The notes under the pieces were generated by a model. It was not told the origin of the DNA. It searched no databases and saw only the letters and a program-made list of their open reading frames with translations. Of a DNA stretch of 64,000 nucleotides, positions 21,501 through 31,289 are shown piece by piece. Source of the stretch: Verrucomicrobiaceae bacterium (GTDB taxonomy: Bacteria; Verrucomicrobiota; Verrucomicrobiia; Opitutales; Intestinicryptomonadaceae); the NCBI GenBank assembly GCA_015061955.1, contig SUVO01000001.1, positions 2,233-66,232 of the forward strand. Direction: 5' to 3'. A program made the translations under genes and the position numbers. Every line of letters starts with the position of its first letter. Positions within the stretch are counted from its first letter, which is position 1.

Positions 21501-22811
21501 TTTAATGCCGACACAAGCGAGCTTATTCATATTTTGAAAAAAGGTCATAAAGGAGTAAAGCTTGATGATCAATCTATGAAAATCCTCATTACATGGATTG
21601 ATATGAACGTCCCATGTTTTGGTACTTGGAAAGAAATAAAAGCAGATATTCCACACAATGGCGATGTAATGCGCAGAAAGTACCTTGCTAAATATGCAAA
21701 TCGTCATGAAGACCAAGATGCAATTACATACGATGGTGGTGTTCAAGAATTTGTTGCACCTGCTCAAGCTAAGAAGCATCCACAGAAAAACCTTAAGGCT
21801 GATAATTTCCCATTCGATAGTGCTACAGCTAAGAAAATGATTGAAAACACAGCTGTAAAAGCTGAAGGCTTTACCGGATTATTTGGTGCTAAGAAAAAAT
21901 TACCATCCGAAATTGAATGCGATGTTGATGGCGTGAAAATGCGTTTTGTACTCGTGCCAGCTGGTAGTTTTGTAATGGGTTCAAATCGTGGTTATTACGA
22001 TGAAGGTCCAGCAAAGATTGTACGTGTTGAAAAACCTTTCTATATGAGTCAGTTTGAAGTGTCGAATTTGCAGTACGCTAAGTTCGATGCCTCGCACAAC
22101 TCTGGATATCACGATAGACAATGGAAAGACCATGTAAATCGTGGCTACATTGCAAACAATCCAAATCAACCAGTTGTTCGTGTAAACTGGAATCAGGCAA
22201 ACGCATATGCAAGATGGTTGTCAGAAAAGGTTGGTGTTAAAGTTTCGTTACCTACCGAAAAACAATGGGAATGGGCTGCACGTGCTGGTACATCGGGCGA
22301 CTTCTGGTTTGGTAAACTCGGTAAAAATTATGGCGATTGCGAAAATTTAGCCGACTTTACTATTCGCAATTTTGCTGTTAATGGGGTAAATCCTAAACCT
22401 CGTGCCGACGAAAGCCCTCTAAACGCTTATACTCCACGCGACGACTTTGCTAACGACGGTCAGCTGGTAGGTTGTGATGTAGGTATGTTTAAACCTAACG
22501 CTTTCGGTTTGTACGATATGCTTGGTAATGTTTCAGAATGGACTGCCGACGATTTCAGCGAAACTCTTTTCGGCAAAAAACTTCAAGACAAAAAAGCAGT
22601 TCGCGGTGGTTCGTGGCGCGATAGAGCTAAACGCAGTAGAGTTACAATGCGTCGCGACTATTACTCTTGGCAGAAAGTTTACAATGTAGGTATTCGCCTC
22701 GTTATTGACGATGTTGAAACTGCAGCAAAAACTTTCGAAACTGCTAAAAAACTCCCAGAATATATCGAACGCGACATTTCTGTGAAAGTCGATAACGTTC
22801 CACACGATTAA
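18558..22811 (+). CDS. large secreted multidomain protein with PSCyt-like CxxCH motifs and a C-terminal FGE-sulfatase-like domain
   Basis: 1417 aa with a signal peptide. Two CxxCH motifs (CVGCHEG at nt 21195-21209; PVLDKYCVGCHNGG at nt 21345-21359) sit in a Planctomycete-cytochrome-c-like context. The C-terminal ~290 aa match the FGE-sulfatase fold (NWNQANAYARWL, YDMLGNVSEWT, RGGSWRD). TTG start at 18558 with an aggagagg RBS; the ATG at 18573 is an alternative. Confidence 0.6.
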   Translation: MKGLFMKKIFFTLFVAFATSLFATQSNDIKSIADKLYSKKDTFLDTVLQTRSNYASWLKAQPDANANLKFGDWYVSQALERYRKNALKFANPQENGIDLKAIYGREPLWRKYDIKDGTLFPLCSTNHRLLQTCIAYVAREITADADTKFSFTVGARTSNVIDVLLNGKFLKTIKTGDAQSFEVPLKKGKNILSFTIKYLGRMNEDAFYFVPYTDPAVELTAKLRKDFPTFYNALTSMRYYYAETPALLPFDWFVAKDNSVSHKDVIQGMIEHSLFSAGKLEERFKKIKDDTSENASVERIKLLADGFAILCVEREFGYCIKNVRSAMEDIKKTYPDYDKDGKLFAELADWEKRMPALYNSVLEDVKLNKQSSFAEAKKFNSFATKALLANPLLKQYPQWVMIKRDKGSSRLGLPQNWQGNSTLACNPWSSNNKRQPKVCATYKDEIYKFDITKPQEKQLLFKPAKNNIICDLDISFDGKKILYSTLDDKMYFRMDELDTTSGKTKTITPTMHEKIDYYDGIYLPDDRILFCSTACWVGVPCVSGTDSVANLYVMDPNAGDEKAVDESIRQLTFEQDADWMPVLMENGRIMYTRWEYVDNSHYFSRILMHMNPDGTAQSSLYGSVSYWPNSLFYARQIPNDPNKFVGIVSGHHGVARTGELHLFDISKGTKEEQGRVHQYPSHGRKYVAETKDELVRGKFPQIIHPYPLSEKYIVASVRHHLANRIGFAVCLIDKFDNIITLQSFDDNHHAFEPLPLQARQKPVEIADKTNPDLDYGHVFLNDIYQGDGLKDVPRGTVKSLRILEYHYAYRDMGSHAVIGNEGSWDVKRIHGTVPVLEDGSAMFKVPANRPLALQPLDKDGKALALMRTWFTVMPGEVQSCVGCHEGQGMSPTSKPALASRKAPTKIKPFVAGVRGYSFHRDVQPVLDKYCVGCHNGGNEKLPNFKRGVRGYAHFPKAYLDLAKFVRRSGPECNQNMLTPMEFNADTSELIHILKKGHKGVKLDDQSMKILITWIDMNVPCFGTWKEIKADIPHNGDVMRRKYLAKYANRHEDQDAITYDGGVQEFVAPAQAKKHPQKNLKADNFPFDSATAKKMIENTAVKAEGFTGLFGAKKKLPSEIECDVDGVKMRFVLVPAGSFVMGSNRGYYDEGPAKIVRVEKPFYMSQFEVSNLQYAKFDASHNSGYHDRQWKDHVNRGYIANNPNQPVVRVNWNQANAYARWLSEKVGVKVSLPTEKQWEWAARAGTSGDFWFGKLGKNYGDCENLADFTIRNFAVNGVNPKPRADESPLNAYTPRDDFANDGQLVGCDVGMFKPNAFGLYDMLGNVSEWTADDFSETLFGKKLQDKKAVRGGSWRDRAKRSRVTMRRDYYSWQKVYNVGIRLVIDDVETAAKTFETAKKLPEYIERDISVKVDNVPHD

Positions 22812-22835
22812 TTTTAAACTAAAAAAGGAATAAAA

Positions 22836-23510
22836 ATGAAAAAATTACTTGCAACTATTATATCAATCGTAACACTATTGTTTCTTGGTGCATGTTCTTC
22901 ATGCCCAAAAGGCGAATGTTGCTTTAAATCTCAACCAAAATTAACAAAAGATATGTTTTACAAAGATGGTAAATTCGATCAAGATGCTGCCAAGCAAGCA
23001 TACTTCGATATGATGGAAAAACTCGGTTATCCAATCAGCGATAATCTTCGCAAAAATATGTGGGTAACAGACTTCGCTTTAGGCGATTTTCCTAACGTAG
23101 GTATGGCTGGTATATTTTGGGCTCATGAAAACAAAAATGGCGTTTTTGGTCACGAAATTATCTTATTGCCTAACCAAATGCTCGTTGAACACTGGCACGT
23201 TGCCGGCTTAGGTTTGCCTGCTAAAAACGAATGCTGGCAGGCTCGTGCAGGTAAAACTTACTGCTTTGGGGAAGAGGGCGAAGATGCTTCTAAATATCCA
23301 AACGTAAAAGTTCCAGAAAGCCAGAAGAAATTTATTACTGTAAATAAAGTTGCATGTGCTGATGCTAAAGAAGGTAATGTTGTATGGCTCAATCGCTTAG
23401 AAGCACGTCATTATCAGATTGCTGGTCCAGAAGGTGCAGTTGTAACTGAATATGGTGCATTCCACAGCAACGACAACAATCGCTTCACCAACCCAAAGGT
23501 CGGCTTCTAA
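22836..23510 (+). CDS. hypothetical lipoprotein (224 aa)
   Basis: Lipobox LGACSS after the signal peptide. A His-rich block (HENKNGVFGHEIILLPNQMLVEHWH) hints at a metal-binding or cupin-like fold, but no family could be confirmed. Confidence 0.35.
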   Translation: MKKLLATIISIVTLLFLGACSSCPKGECCFKSQPKLTKDMFYKDGKFDQDAAKQAYFDMMEKLGYPISDNLRKNMWVTDFALGDFPNVGMAGIFWAHENKNGVFGHEIILLPNQMLVEHWHVAGLGLPAKNECWQARAGKTYCFGEEGEDASKYPNVKVPESQKKFITVNKVACADAKEGNVVWLNRLEARHYQIAGPEGAVVTEYGAFHSNDNNRFTNPKVGF

Positions 23511-24032
23511 AACGTGCGAGAGCGCGTTTTCTTTGATGATGAGTTTTTATTTACACTATAAGGCACTTCGTTGAAGTGCCTTTTTTTATTAAATAAACTC
23601 ATCAAAGAAAACGCTTTCGGCTGTTATTTGGTTTCGTATCGCCTCACGTACATAGTACGCTACGGCTCACAAAACACAAATTCCAGCTCGAATCTCGCAC
23701 GTTTTACTTCTTCCAACACATGTCGGTTCTAAACTGATTTTATTTAACCACATTCTCTTTGATGATGAGTTTTTATTTACACTATAAGGCACTTTGATGA
23801 AGTGCCTTTTTTATTAAATAAACTCATCAAATAAAACGCTTTGCCCTCCATTTTGGTTTTAGCTTCGACTGCAGTGCATAGCACAGCAATGCTCGCTAAA
23901 ACGCAAAAGCATCGGGACAATCTCGCACGTTTTTTTATTTCCGTTCCTAAGTTTATCCTAATCCGATTTAGTTAGGCAAAGAAGCTATTGCGAAGCAATC
24001 TTCGCCACTTCTCAACATACAAAAACACGTTT
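23509..24032. repeat. intergenic mosaic of repeat modules (A, E, C-tail, A, B, F) at a convergent junction
   Basis: Module A at 23509-23613 and again at 23753-23838. Module B at 23844-23931. Module F at 23932-24032, shared with 55684-55775. The E and C-tail segments at 23614-23735 are shared with 14120-14165 and 14600-14635. Confidence 0.7.
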
Positions 24033-24290
24033 TTAAGAGAGGAGTTTTATTCGCACATCTGCACAATTTGAAATTTCAACAAGCTTATCGCGAGAGGTTT
24101 CGCCAGTACATATTTCTATATCGTTGCGAGATATTCCCAATTTTTTAGCTAAAAATTTAATGAGTTCGGTATTCGCTTTTCCGTCCATTGCTTGAGCGGC
24201 AATCTTTATTTTTATCGCATCACCGTACTCGCCAACGCACTCGCTTTTGGGGGCGTTTGGAACTACTCGAATTTTTATACGTTCAGCCAT
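24033..24290 (-). CDS. DUF167/YggU-family protein (UPF0235)
   Basis: 85 aa. The blocks VVPNAPKSE...DGKAN and LIKFLAKKLGISR, and the overall length, are characteristic of YggU. Confidence 0.65.
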   Translation of the reverse strand: MAERIKIRVVPNAPKSECVGEYGDAIKIKIAAQAMDGKANTELIKFLAKKLGISRNDIEICTGETSRDKLVEISNCADVRIKLLS

Positions 24291-24293
24291 TTT

Positions 24294-25349
24294 TTATATG
24301 GGGAAACTTCCGAGCCATTTTATCATTGGCAGGGTACTGCGCAAATGCTCAACAATATTGTGAGCCTGCGTATCTTCCCAATGACCTTCAAAATCGATAA
24401 AGAAATAGTAATCCCATGCTTTTTTATGAGATGGGCGCGATTCTATTCTCTTTAGATTTATACCAGCTTCTTCAAAAGGCTTAATAACTTCACTTAGGGC
24501 TCCTGGACGATCGTTTATAGAAACAACCATACTTGTTCTGTATTTAACGTTGTCGGTTTTTTTATTAGGAGTTTTTCCGATTACCAAGAAGCGTGTTTGA
24601 TTATCTTTCAAATCTTGAATGCCATGTTCGAGAATTGGAACATTGTAGTAAGTTGAAGCAACTTCGCTTGCAATTGCAGCAATTTCTGGATTTTCTTGAG
24701 CCATACGTACAGCTGTTGTTGTGCTATCGACTGGTTCAAGTTCTACTTCCGACAAATTTCTACGCAACCAATCTCTACATTGTGCAATTGCTTGGTCTTT
24801 TGAACATATCTTGCGAATATTCTCAAGTTTGCCACGCGAAAGCAAGCAATGTTCTATTGGTAAATACACCTGACCGACAATGACAAGTGATGTTTCGGCA
24901 AGCATATCCATTGAGTGCATAACAGCACCTTCTGTCGAGTTTTCAATAGGAATCACTCCGTAATCGGCATCACCTGTTTGAACTGCTATAAAAACATCTG
25001 GGATTGAAGGTGCCGAAATGTATTCAACGCTTGAGCCAAAATTTTTAATTGCTGCCTGATGTGTAAAAGTTGCTTTTGGTCCTAAATAAGAAACTGTTAA
25101 TTTTTTTTCGGCAGAAATAGATGCCGATATTATTTCACGATAAATTGCGCGTATAGATTTTTCTGAAACTTTACCAGCGTTTTTCTTGAGCAAATTTTCA
25201 AATACAATTTTTTCTCGGCTTGGAACATACACTTCTTCGCCTTTATCATTTTTTATTTTGCCAATTTCTTTTGCACAAGATATACGCTTAGCAAGTAAAT
25301 CTAAAATTTGCGAGTCTATTGAATCTATTTCTTTTCTGAAATTATCCAT
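24294..25349 (-). CDS. pheA: bifunctional chorismate mutase / prephenate dehydratase (P-protein)
   Basis: An N-terminal chorismate mutase helix (EIDSIDSQILDLLAKR), a prephenate dehydratase domain (TSMV..PGAL region) and a C-terminal ACT domain. Confidence 0.85.
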   Translation of the reverse strand: MDNFRKEIDSIDSQILDLLAKRISCAKEIGKIKNDKGEEVYVPSREKIVFENLLKKNAGKVSEKSIRAIYREIISASISAEKKLTVSYLGPKATFTHQAAIKNFGSSVEYISAPSIPDVFIAVQTGDADYGVIPIENSTEGAVMHSMDMLAETSLVIVGQVYLPIEHCLLSRGKLENIRKICSKDQAIAQCRDWLRRNLSEVELEPVDSTTTAVRMAQENPEIAAIASEVASTYYNVPILEHGIQDLKDNQTRFLVIGKTPNKKTDNVKYRTSMVVSINDRPGALSEVIKPFEEAGINLKRIESRPSHKKAWDYYFFIDFEGHWEDTQAHNIVEHLRSTLPMIKWLGSFPI

Positions 25350-25360
25350 TGCTTATTTTG

Positions 25361-26212
25361 TTAAATGTTTTCGTTATCTGATGATGTTTCTATATCGCTT
25401 GCAGATTGCTCGAAAGTCTCTTCGGCTGATATTTCTACTGGGGCTTCTTGTTTATTTTCATCTTCAGAAGGCAAGCCTACGTCTTGGTCTTTGGGTGCAG
25501 GTGCGCTTGCACGTTTTATCCATTCCGAAATTTGCCCTGGGCTTAGTACATCTGACGATGGCAATTCTTCTATTGAATTTACGCCTACAAAATCTAAGAA
25601 ATTTTGCGAAGTCGAGTATTGAATTGGTCGACCTGGTAGGTCGGCACGTCCACTAATGAAAATCAAATCTTTTTCTGTTAATCGTGTTATAGCACTGTCG
25701 GCACTGACACCACGTATTGCTTCAATTTCTGCTCTTGTAACAGGTTGGCGATATGCTATAATTGCCAAAGTTTCTAATGCTGCACGCGAAAGCTTTTGTG
25801 GACGAGGATCGTTGCGTAAAAGTCTGACCCATTCGGCATATTCTTTTGAAATTACAAGCTTAAAGCCTGAAGAACTCTGGATTAGACGGAATACTTCATC
25901 GGAAGATTCTAATTCAGCGCCAATTTCTTCCATGGCTTCACGAATTTGTGTTGCCGTAAGCAGTGTTGGTACTTGAGCCATAATATCTTCAATAATAGTT
26001 TGTTCGTCATCTGCAACAACTTCTAAGATTTCATCTTGTGCAGGTGCGTTTTTCTCCGACTGCTCTTTTTCAGCGTGATAGCGCGATATAACTGCCTGAA
26101 TGTCCTTAATCGACAACGCTTCGTTTGTCGAGAACATCAACGACTTCAAAATTTTCTTAAGATTAAAACTCATAATAAACAGCCTCTTATTATGACTAAC
26201 CAAACAAAACAC
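25361..26212 (-). CDS. scpB: segregation and condensation protein B with an acidic C-terminal extension
   Basis: Winged-helix ScpB core (AYRQPVTRAEIEAIRG...). The true start is probably the internal Met (MSFNLKK...). The tail is Glu/Asp-rich. Confidence 0.7.
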   Translation of the reverse strand: MFCLVSHNKRLFIMSFNLKKILKSLMFSTNEALSIKDIQAVISRYHAEKEQSEKNAPAQDEILEVVADDEQTIIEDIMAQVPTLLTATQIREAMEEIGAELESSDEVFRLIQSSSGFKLVISKEYAEWVRLLRNDPRPQKLSRAALETLAIIAYRQPVTRAEIEAIRGVSADSAITRLTEKDLIFISGRADLPGRPIQYSTSQNFLDFVGVNSIEELPSSDVLSPGQISEWIKRASAPAPKDQDVGLPSEDENKQEAPVEISAEETFEQSASDIETSSDNENI

Positions 26213-26244
26213 TCAACACATTTTTTTCTCATTATAAAAAAATA

Positions 26245-28403
26245 TTGCATTTGTCTGTTATAAAAATACTTTTCATGCACATGGTTAGATTATTGTTTTT
26301 ATTATTCAAGGTTAATCTTGTTTGTTTTTTTGCTACATATTCTTTTGCAACAGCTCAATATACAAATATATTAACTGAAGACTTTGAAAATGGTGGTGGT
26401 AATTTTATAAAATTACTGCAATCTTCAAAATTTCTCAGAGTAGGAAATGAGCATGCTATATCAGGGAAATCATCGTTGATATTAGATTCTACCCAAAGAG
26501 CTGGAGAGTGGTTTTTGTATGCAAATTTTGGTAGAGGGGTAGTAGAAAAAGGCTCCGTTTATGAGGTATCGTTTAAATACGATTTAAAAGTTAGCCAAGC
26601 CCAATCGGCAGATTGTTATTTTGCAATAGCGTCTCCCGAAAAAAAGTTTTATGCAAGAACATGTTTTGCAGTAGCCGAAGGTCAAAAAGATAATGTAAAG
26701 TTTATATTTGTATTACCAGCCGATGCAAAAGAGCCATCTTTTAGAATATTTTCACGCAATCCGTGTCTGTTAGTTATCGACGACTTGCAAATAAAAAAAT
26801 GCAACATAAATATAGATTCATGGATATTCAAAGATGGAGCTTTTATCGGTATGCGTAGAACTCCAATTCACCATAATATGCTCGATTTATCTAATATGGC
26901 ATACTTTTTACCACGCGAAAAGTTCATGCCTTTTATCGATAGATATGGTCAGTATAAACACTCAAATTGGGATTGTAAAATAACTGGCAACGACGCATTT
27001 AAAATATCAATAGAAAAAGAGCAAAAATATAACCAACAAACTTGTGATATTGAAAATAGAGATACTTTAGGAGGCCTTGCAAATTCGTCGTCAAGCTCGC
27101 AAAAATCAGATGGCTTTACAACTTGCAAGGTAGACGGTAAATGGTATTTGCGAACTCCTGAAGGCAATTTATTTTGGTCTGTTGGTATAACGTGTGTAGG
27201 TATGTTTTCTTCTACTCCTATAAATAATAGGGAAGAGTATTTTGAAGAAATCGATAAGCGTTATCTAACTGATGGTCGTGGTTATAAACCTGGAACTTAT
27301 TATTACAATAAACCCGTAAAAAATTATCAGATTATTAAGAAGAATATTGTTGAAAAATACGGAGAAAACGCAGTTGAAAATTATCCACAAATTGTAGGTA
27401 ATAGAATGCGTAAGTGGGGGATAAATACTTGTGGTGCATGGAGCTCAGGCGATGTAATGCGTTCTTCTGGAGTCCCATTTACAGCAATAGCATCAAGTGG
27501 AGGCATACAGAAGTTAAAAACGAAGAAAAAATGTTTGCTTTATGGGGAAATATAGCCGACTACTTTTCACCAAATTTTGCTAAGCAAACAGAAACTAACG
27601 TAGCTAAAATAAAAGATTTATTAGAACATAAAAATTGTATAGGTGCATTTGTTGATAACGAATTGTCTTGGCAAATGAAAGCTGGTATTACAGGTTTATC
27701 GGTATTGAGTTGTCCACCAGAACAACCAGCAAAAATGGTTTTCAAAAATATGCTTGAAAATAAGTATCACGACATTTCAGCACTCAACAATGTGTGGAAA
27801 AGTAAATATCAATCGTGGGACGATTTTCTTAAAACTACAAATTTTGAACCTAAATTTGTAAATGCAAAGTCAGATATTTTAGAATTTGAAGAAGCTTTTT
27901 ATGCAAATTATTTCAAAGTTTGTCGCGATGCCGTAAAAAAAGTGTGTCCTAAGGCATTGTATTTAGGATGTCGCTTTGCCTCGAGAAACCCCTTAGTTGA
28001 GCGTGTAGCTTTCGATTATTGCGATGTTGTAAGCTACAATGCTTACCGTAGAGATACAACGTCGGTAAAATTTCCAAAAAATAGAAAAGATAAACCTGTT
28101 ATAATAGGGGAGTTTCATATTTGTAGAACTGATAAAGGCTCGCCATATGGAGGCTTGTTAGAAGTAAGAAATGCAAAACTTTCAGCCGAAGCTTATTATA
28201 AATATATGAAATCGGCAGCGGAAAATCCTGCAATAGTTGGTGCCCATTGGTTTCAATGGTTTGATATGGCCATGACTGGTAGAGCCGATGGTGCGAATGC
28301 TTCGTGTGGATTTGTAAGTGTTGTTGATGAACCAGATTACACTTTAATTGAGGCATCTCGAAAATTTGCCGAAGATATTTATAAAATAAGAATGGCAAAA
28401 TAG
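26245..28403 (+). pseudogene. large secreted glycoside hydrolase gene interrupted by a single-nucleotide frameshift
   Basis: Two overlapping ORFs: 26245-27555 in frame 1 and 27414-28403 in frame 0. Each carries a plausible protein sequence only on its own side of about nt 27500-27531. The switch maps to the A-tracts at 27516-27520 and 27526-27531. N-terminal beta-sandwich (CBM-like) region and C-terminal TIM-barrel region. Confidence 0.5.
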
Positions 28404-28507
28404 CATCAAGTTTTTGTTGGTTTAAATTAGCTACATAATTAGTGTCAAAAAGGTTGACGTTTGTTAATCATAATGATTTTATAATTCAATTATTGTTTTC
28501 AAAAAAT

Positions 28508-30343
28508 ATGCCAGAATATAGATCTAAAAAAAGTTTTGAAGGTAGAAACATGGCTGGAGCACGTGCCTTGTGGCGTGCTACTGGCGTTAAAGAACAAGAT
28601 TTCGGCAAGCCGATAATCGCTGTTGTAAACTCGTTTACGCAGTTTGTTCCCGGACACGTTCACTTGGATAAAGTTGGTGCGTATGTCAGAGAACAAGTTG
28701 AAAAAGCTGGTGGTATTGCTCGCGAATTTAATACAATAGCAATCGACGATGGTATTGCTATGGGGCATGAAGGTATGTTGTACTCGCTTCCTTCTCGCGA
28801 ATTGATTGCCGATAGCGTTGAGTATATGTGCAACGCGCATTGTGCCGATGCTATGATTTGCATTTCGAATTGCGATAAAATCACTCCTGGAATGATGATG
28901 GCATCAATGCGTATGAATATTCCAACAATATTTGTATCGGGTGGTCCAATGGAAGCAGGTGTTGGTAAATTAAGTACAGGTGAACGCAAACTCGACTTAG
29001 TAGATGCCATGATTGCAGGGGCAAATCCAAATGTATCTGATGCCGATAGCGAAATTATGGAACGCAATGCGTGTCCAACTTGTGGCTCATGTTCGGGTAT
29101 GTTTACTGCAAATTCAATGAATTGCTTGGCAGAAGCTATTGGTTTTGCATTGGCTGGCAATGGTACTGTTGTAGCAACACATAAGGCTCGTAAAAACCTC
29201 TTTGCACAGGCATCGAAACGTATTGTTGAAATGGCTAAAGCATACTACGAAAATGGCGATGAAAGCGTATTGCCACGTTCTATTGTAAAGCGTGAAAGCT
29301 TCTTGAATGCTATGCGTTTAGATATTGCTATGGGTGGAAGTACAAATACAGTTCTTCACCTGTTGGCAATTGCTCGTGAAGGCGAAGTCGATTTCTCGAT
29401 GAAAGATATAGATGCCCTTTCTCGCATAACTCCATGTATTTGCAAAGTTGCACCAAGTACACAGAAAGTACATATTCAAGATGTTCATCGTGCAGGTGGT
29501 ATAATGGCTATTTTGGGAGAGCTTGCAAAGGCTGGTTTGCTCGATACATCGGTTGGAACTGTTCATGAAAAAACTCTTGCCGATGCTATTGCAAAGTACG
29601 ATATTTCGTCGGCAATGTGTGCCGATGAAATAAAGAAATTCTATCGTGCAGCACCTGCAAATAAATATTCGGTTGAAGCATGGACTCAAGAAGAATACTA
29701 TGCAGAAAATGATTTTGATAGAGAAAATGGTGCAATTCGTTCAGTTGAAAATGCTTTCAGTAAAGATGGAGGTTTGGCAGTGTTGTTTGGCAATATTGCT
29801 CGCGATGGTTCAATTGTAAAAACTGCTGGTGTTGATGAATCGATACTCAAATTTAAAGGAACTGCAAAGGTTTATCATTCAGAGCAGTCGGCAAGTAAGG
29901 CAATTCGTGCAGGCGAAGTTTCACCTGGAGATGTTGTTGTTATTCTTTACGAAGGTCCTCGAGGTGGTCCAGGTATGCAAGAAATGCTCTATCCAACAAG
30001 CCACTTGAAAAGTATGGGCTTGGGTAAAGTTTGTGCATTGCTCACCGATGGAAGATTTTCTGGTGGTACAAGTGGTTTGTCTATCGGTCACGCCTCGCCA
30101 GAAGCAGCCGATGGTGGCGATATTGCTCTTGTTGAAAATGGTGATATTATCGATATAGATATTCCAAATCGTACAATATCGTTGGCAATTTCAGATGAAG
30201 AGTTGAATGAGCGCAGAGCAAAAATGCAGGCAAAGGGTAAAGACGCATATAAGCCTGTTCGTGATCGCAAAGTTTCAAAATCGTTGCAGTTCTACGCACA
30301 GTCGGTTTCTTCGGCAGCCGATGGTGCTGTTCGCAAAATCTAA
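28508..30343 (+). CDS. ilvD: dihydroxy-acid dehydratase
   Basis: Start at MPEYRSKK. Contains the IlvD/EDD family motifs ([30 protein letters not shown]). Confidence 0.9.
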   Translation: MPEYRSKKSFEGRNMAGARALWRATGVKEQDFGKPIIAVVNSFTQFVPGHVHLDKVGAYVREQVEKAGGIAREFNTIAIDDGIAMGHEGMLYSLPSRELIADSVEYMCNAHCADAMICISNCDKITPGMMMASMRMNIPTIFVSGGPMEAGVGKLSTGERKLDLVDAMIAGANPNVSDADSEIMERNACPTCGSCSGMFTANSMNCLAEAIGFALAGNGTVVATHKARKNLFAQASKRIVEMAKAYYENGDESVLPRSIVKRESFLNAMRLDIAMGGSTNTVLHLLAIAREGEVDFSMKDIDALSRITPCICKVAPSTQKVHIQDVHRAGGIMAILGELAKAGLLDTSVGTVHEKTLADAIAKYDISSAMCADEIKKFYRAAPANKYSVEAWTQEEYYAENDFDRENGAIRSVENAFSKDGGLAVLFGNIARDGSIVKTAGVDESILKFKGTAKVYHSEQSASKAIRAGEVSPGDVVVILYEGPRGGPGMQEMLYPTSHLKSMGLGKVCALLTDGRFSGGTSGLSIGHASPEAADGGDIALVENGDIIDIDIPNRTISLAISDEELNERRAKMQAKGKDAYKPVRDRKVSKSLQFYAQSVSSAADGAVRKI

Positions 30344-30397
30344 CTTTAACAAACGCCCGTTTGCCTAAAATTATGGCAACGGGCTATTTTTTATTCT

Positions 30398-31276
30398 ATG
30401 AAAAGTATGACAGGCTTCGGCAGAGCAAGTGCCGATTACAGTGATTTCTCAATAACCATAGATGTTTCTTCTGTAAATAAGAAGGGGCTTGAAGTGTATG
30501 TTTCGGTGTTGCGTGATTGGCTTCCTATGGAACGTATGATAAACGCCGAATTAAAAAAGTTTTTTTCGCGTGGTAAATTCAATATTTCGGTATCGGTAGA
30601 TTTCAAGCGTGGGGCAGAAGATTTGTTTGCTTCGGGCGATTCTATTGCAGAAGCTTTAAATGTTTTGAAGAACTTGTGCTTGAAAAATGGAGCAGTTTAT
30701 ACGCCTGAAACTTCTACTGTTTTGGAAATAAATAGAATGCTTTGCGAAAATACGTCGCAAACTAAAACCGATTGGCAAGATGCTTGGGAGCTTGTGTGCC
30801 CTGTTTTCGTATCGGCTTGCGAAAATCTTGATAAAATGCGTGAGCTTGAAGGCGAGCAGTTGAAAGTTGATTTGCAACAACGCATTCAAACAATTCAAAC
30901 TCTTGTAGATAATGCTCAGCAAGTAGCAAAGGATACTCCACAAAATTATAAAGAACAGCTTTTACAACGTATAGCAACGCTCGGTTTAGAAATTGATTGC
31001 AACGACGAGCGTCTTTTAAAAGAAGTGTGTTTCTTTGCAGATAAGTGCGATGTTGCAGAAGAAATAACGCGTTTAAATAGCCATACAAAACAATTCTTGC
31101 AAATTTTAAATTCAACTGAAGCCGTAGGGCGAAAATTAGATTTTTTGTGTCAAGAGATTGGTAGAGAAATTAATACAACTGCAAGTAAAGCAAATAATAT
31201 CGAGCTTACAAAAATTACCCTCGATTTAAAAAATGAGCTTGAAAGAATCAGAGAACAAGTTCAAAATATAGAGTAG
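30398..31276 (+). CDS. yicC: YicC/YloC-family protein
   Basis: N-terminal MKSMTGFGRA signature and a C-terminal DUF1732-like coiled-coil region. Confidence 0.7.
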   Translation: MKSMTGFGRASADYSDFSITIDVSSVNKKGLEVYVSVLRDWLPMERMINAELKKFFSRGKFNISVSVDFKRGAEDLFASGDSIAEALNVLKNLCLKNGAVYTPETSTVLEINRMLCENTSQTKTDWQDAWELVCPVFVSACENLDKMRELEGEQLKVDLQQRIQTIQTLVDNAQQVAKDTPQNYKEQLLQRIATLGLEIDCNDERLLKEVCFFADKCDVAEEITRLNSHTKQFLQILNSTEAVGRKLDFLCQEIGREINTTASKANNIELTKITLDLKNELERIREQVQNIE

Positions 31277-31289
31277 TTAATTTAATTCA

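Noticed and set aside
22836-23510. Calling the lipoprotein a D-lyxose isomerase or cupin enzyme.
   Set aside because: Only a loose His-rich block supports it, and the signal peptide and lipobox argue against a cytoplasmic sugar isomerase. The gene is left as hypothetical.
24188-24455. Plus-strand ORFs of 70 and 87 aa overlapping yggU and pheA.
   Set aside because: They are antisense to two well-supported genes and show no protein-like composition.
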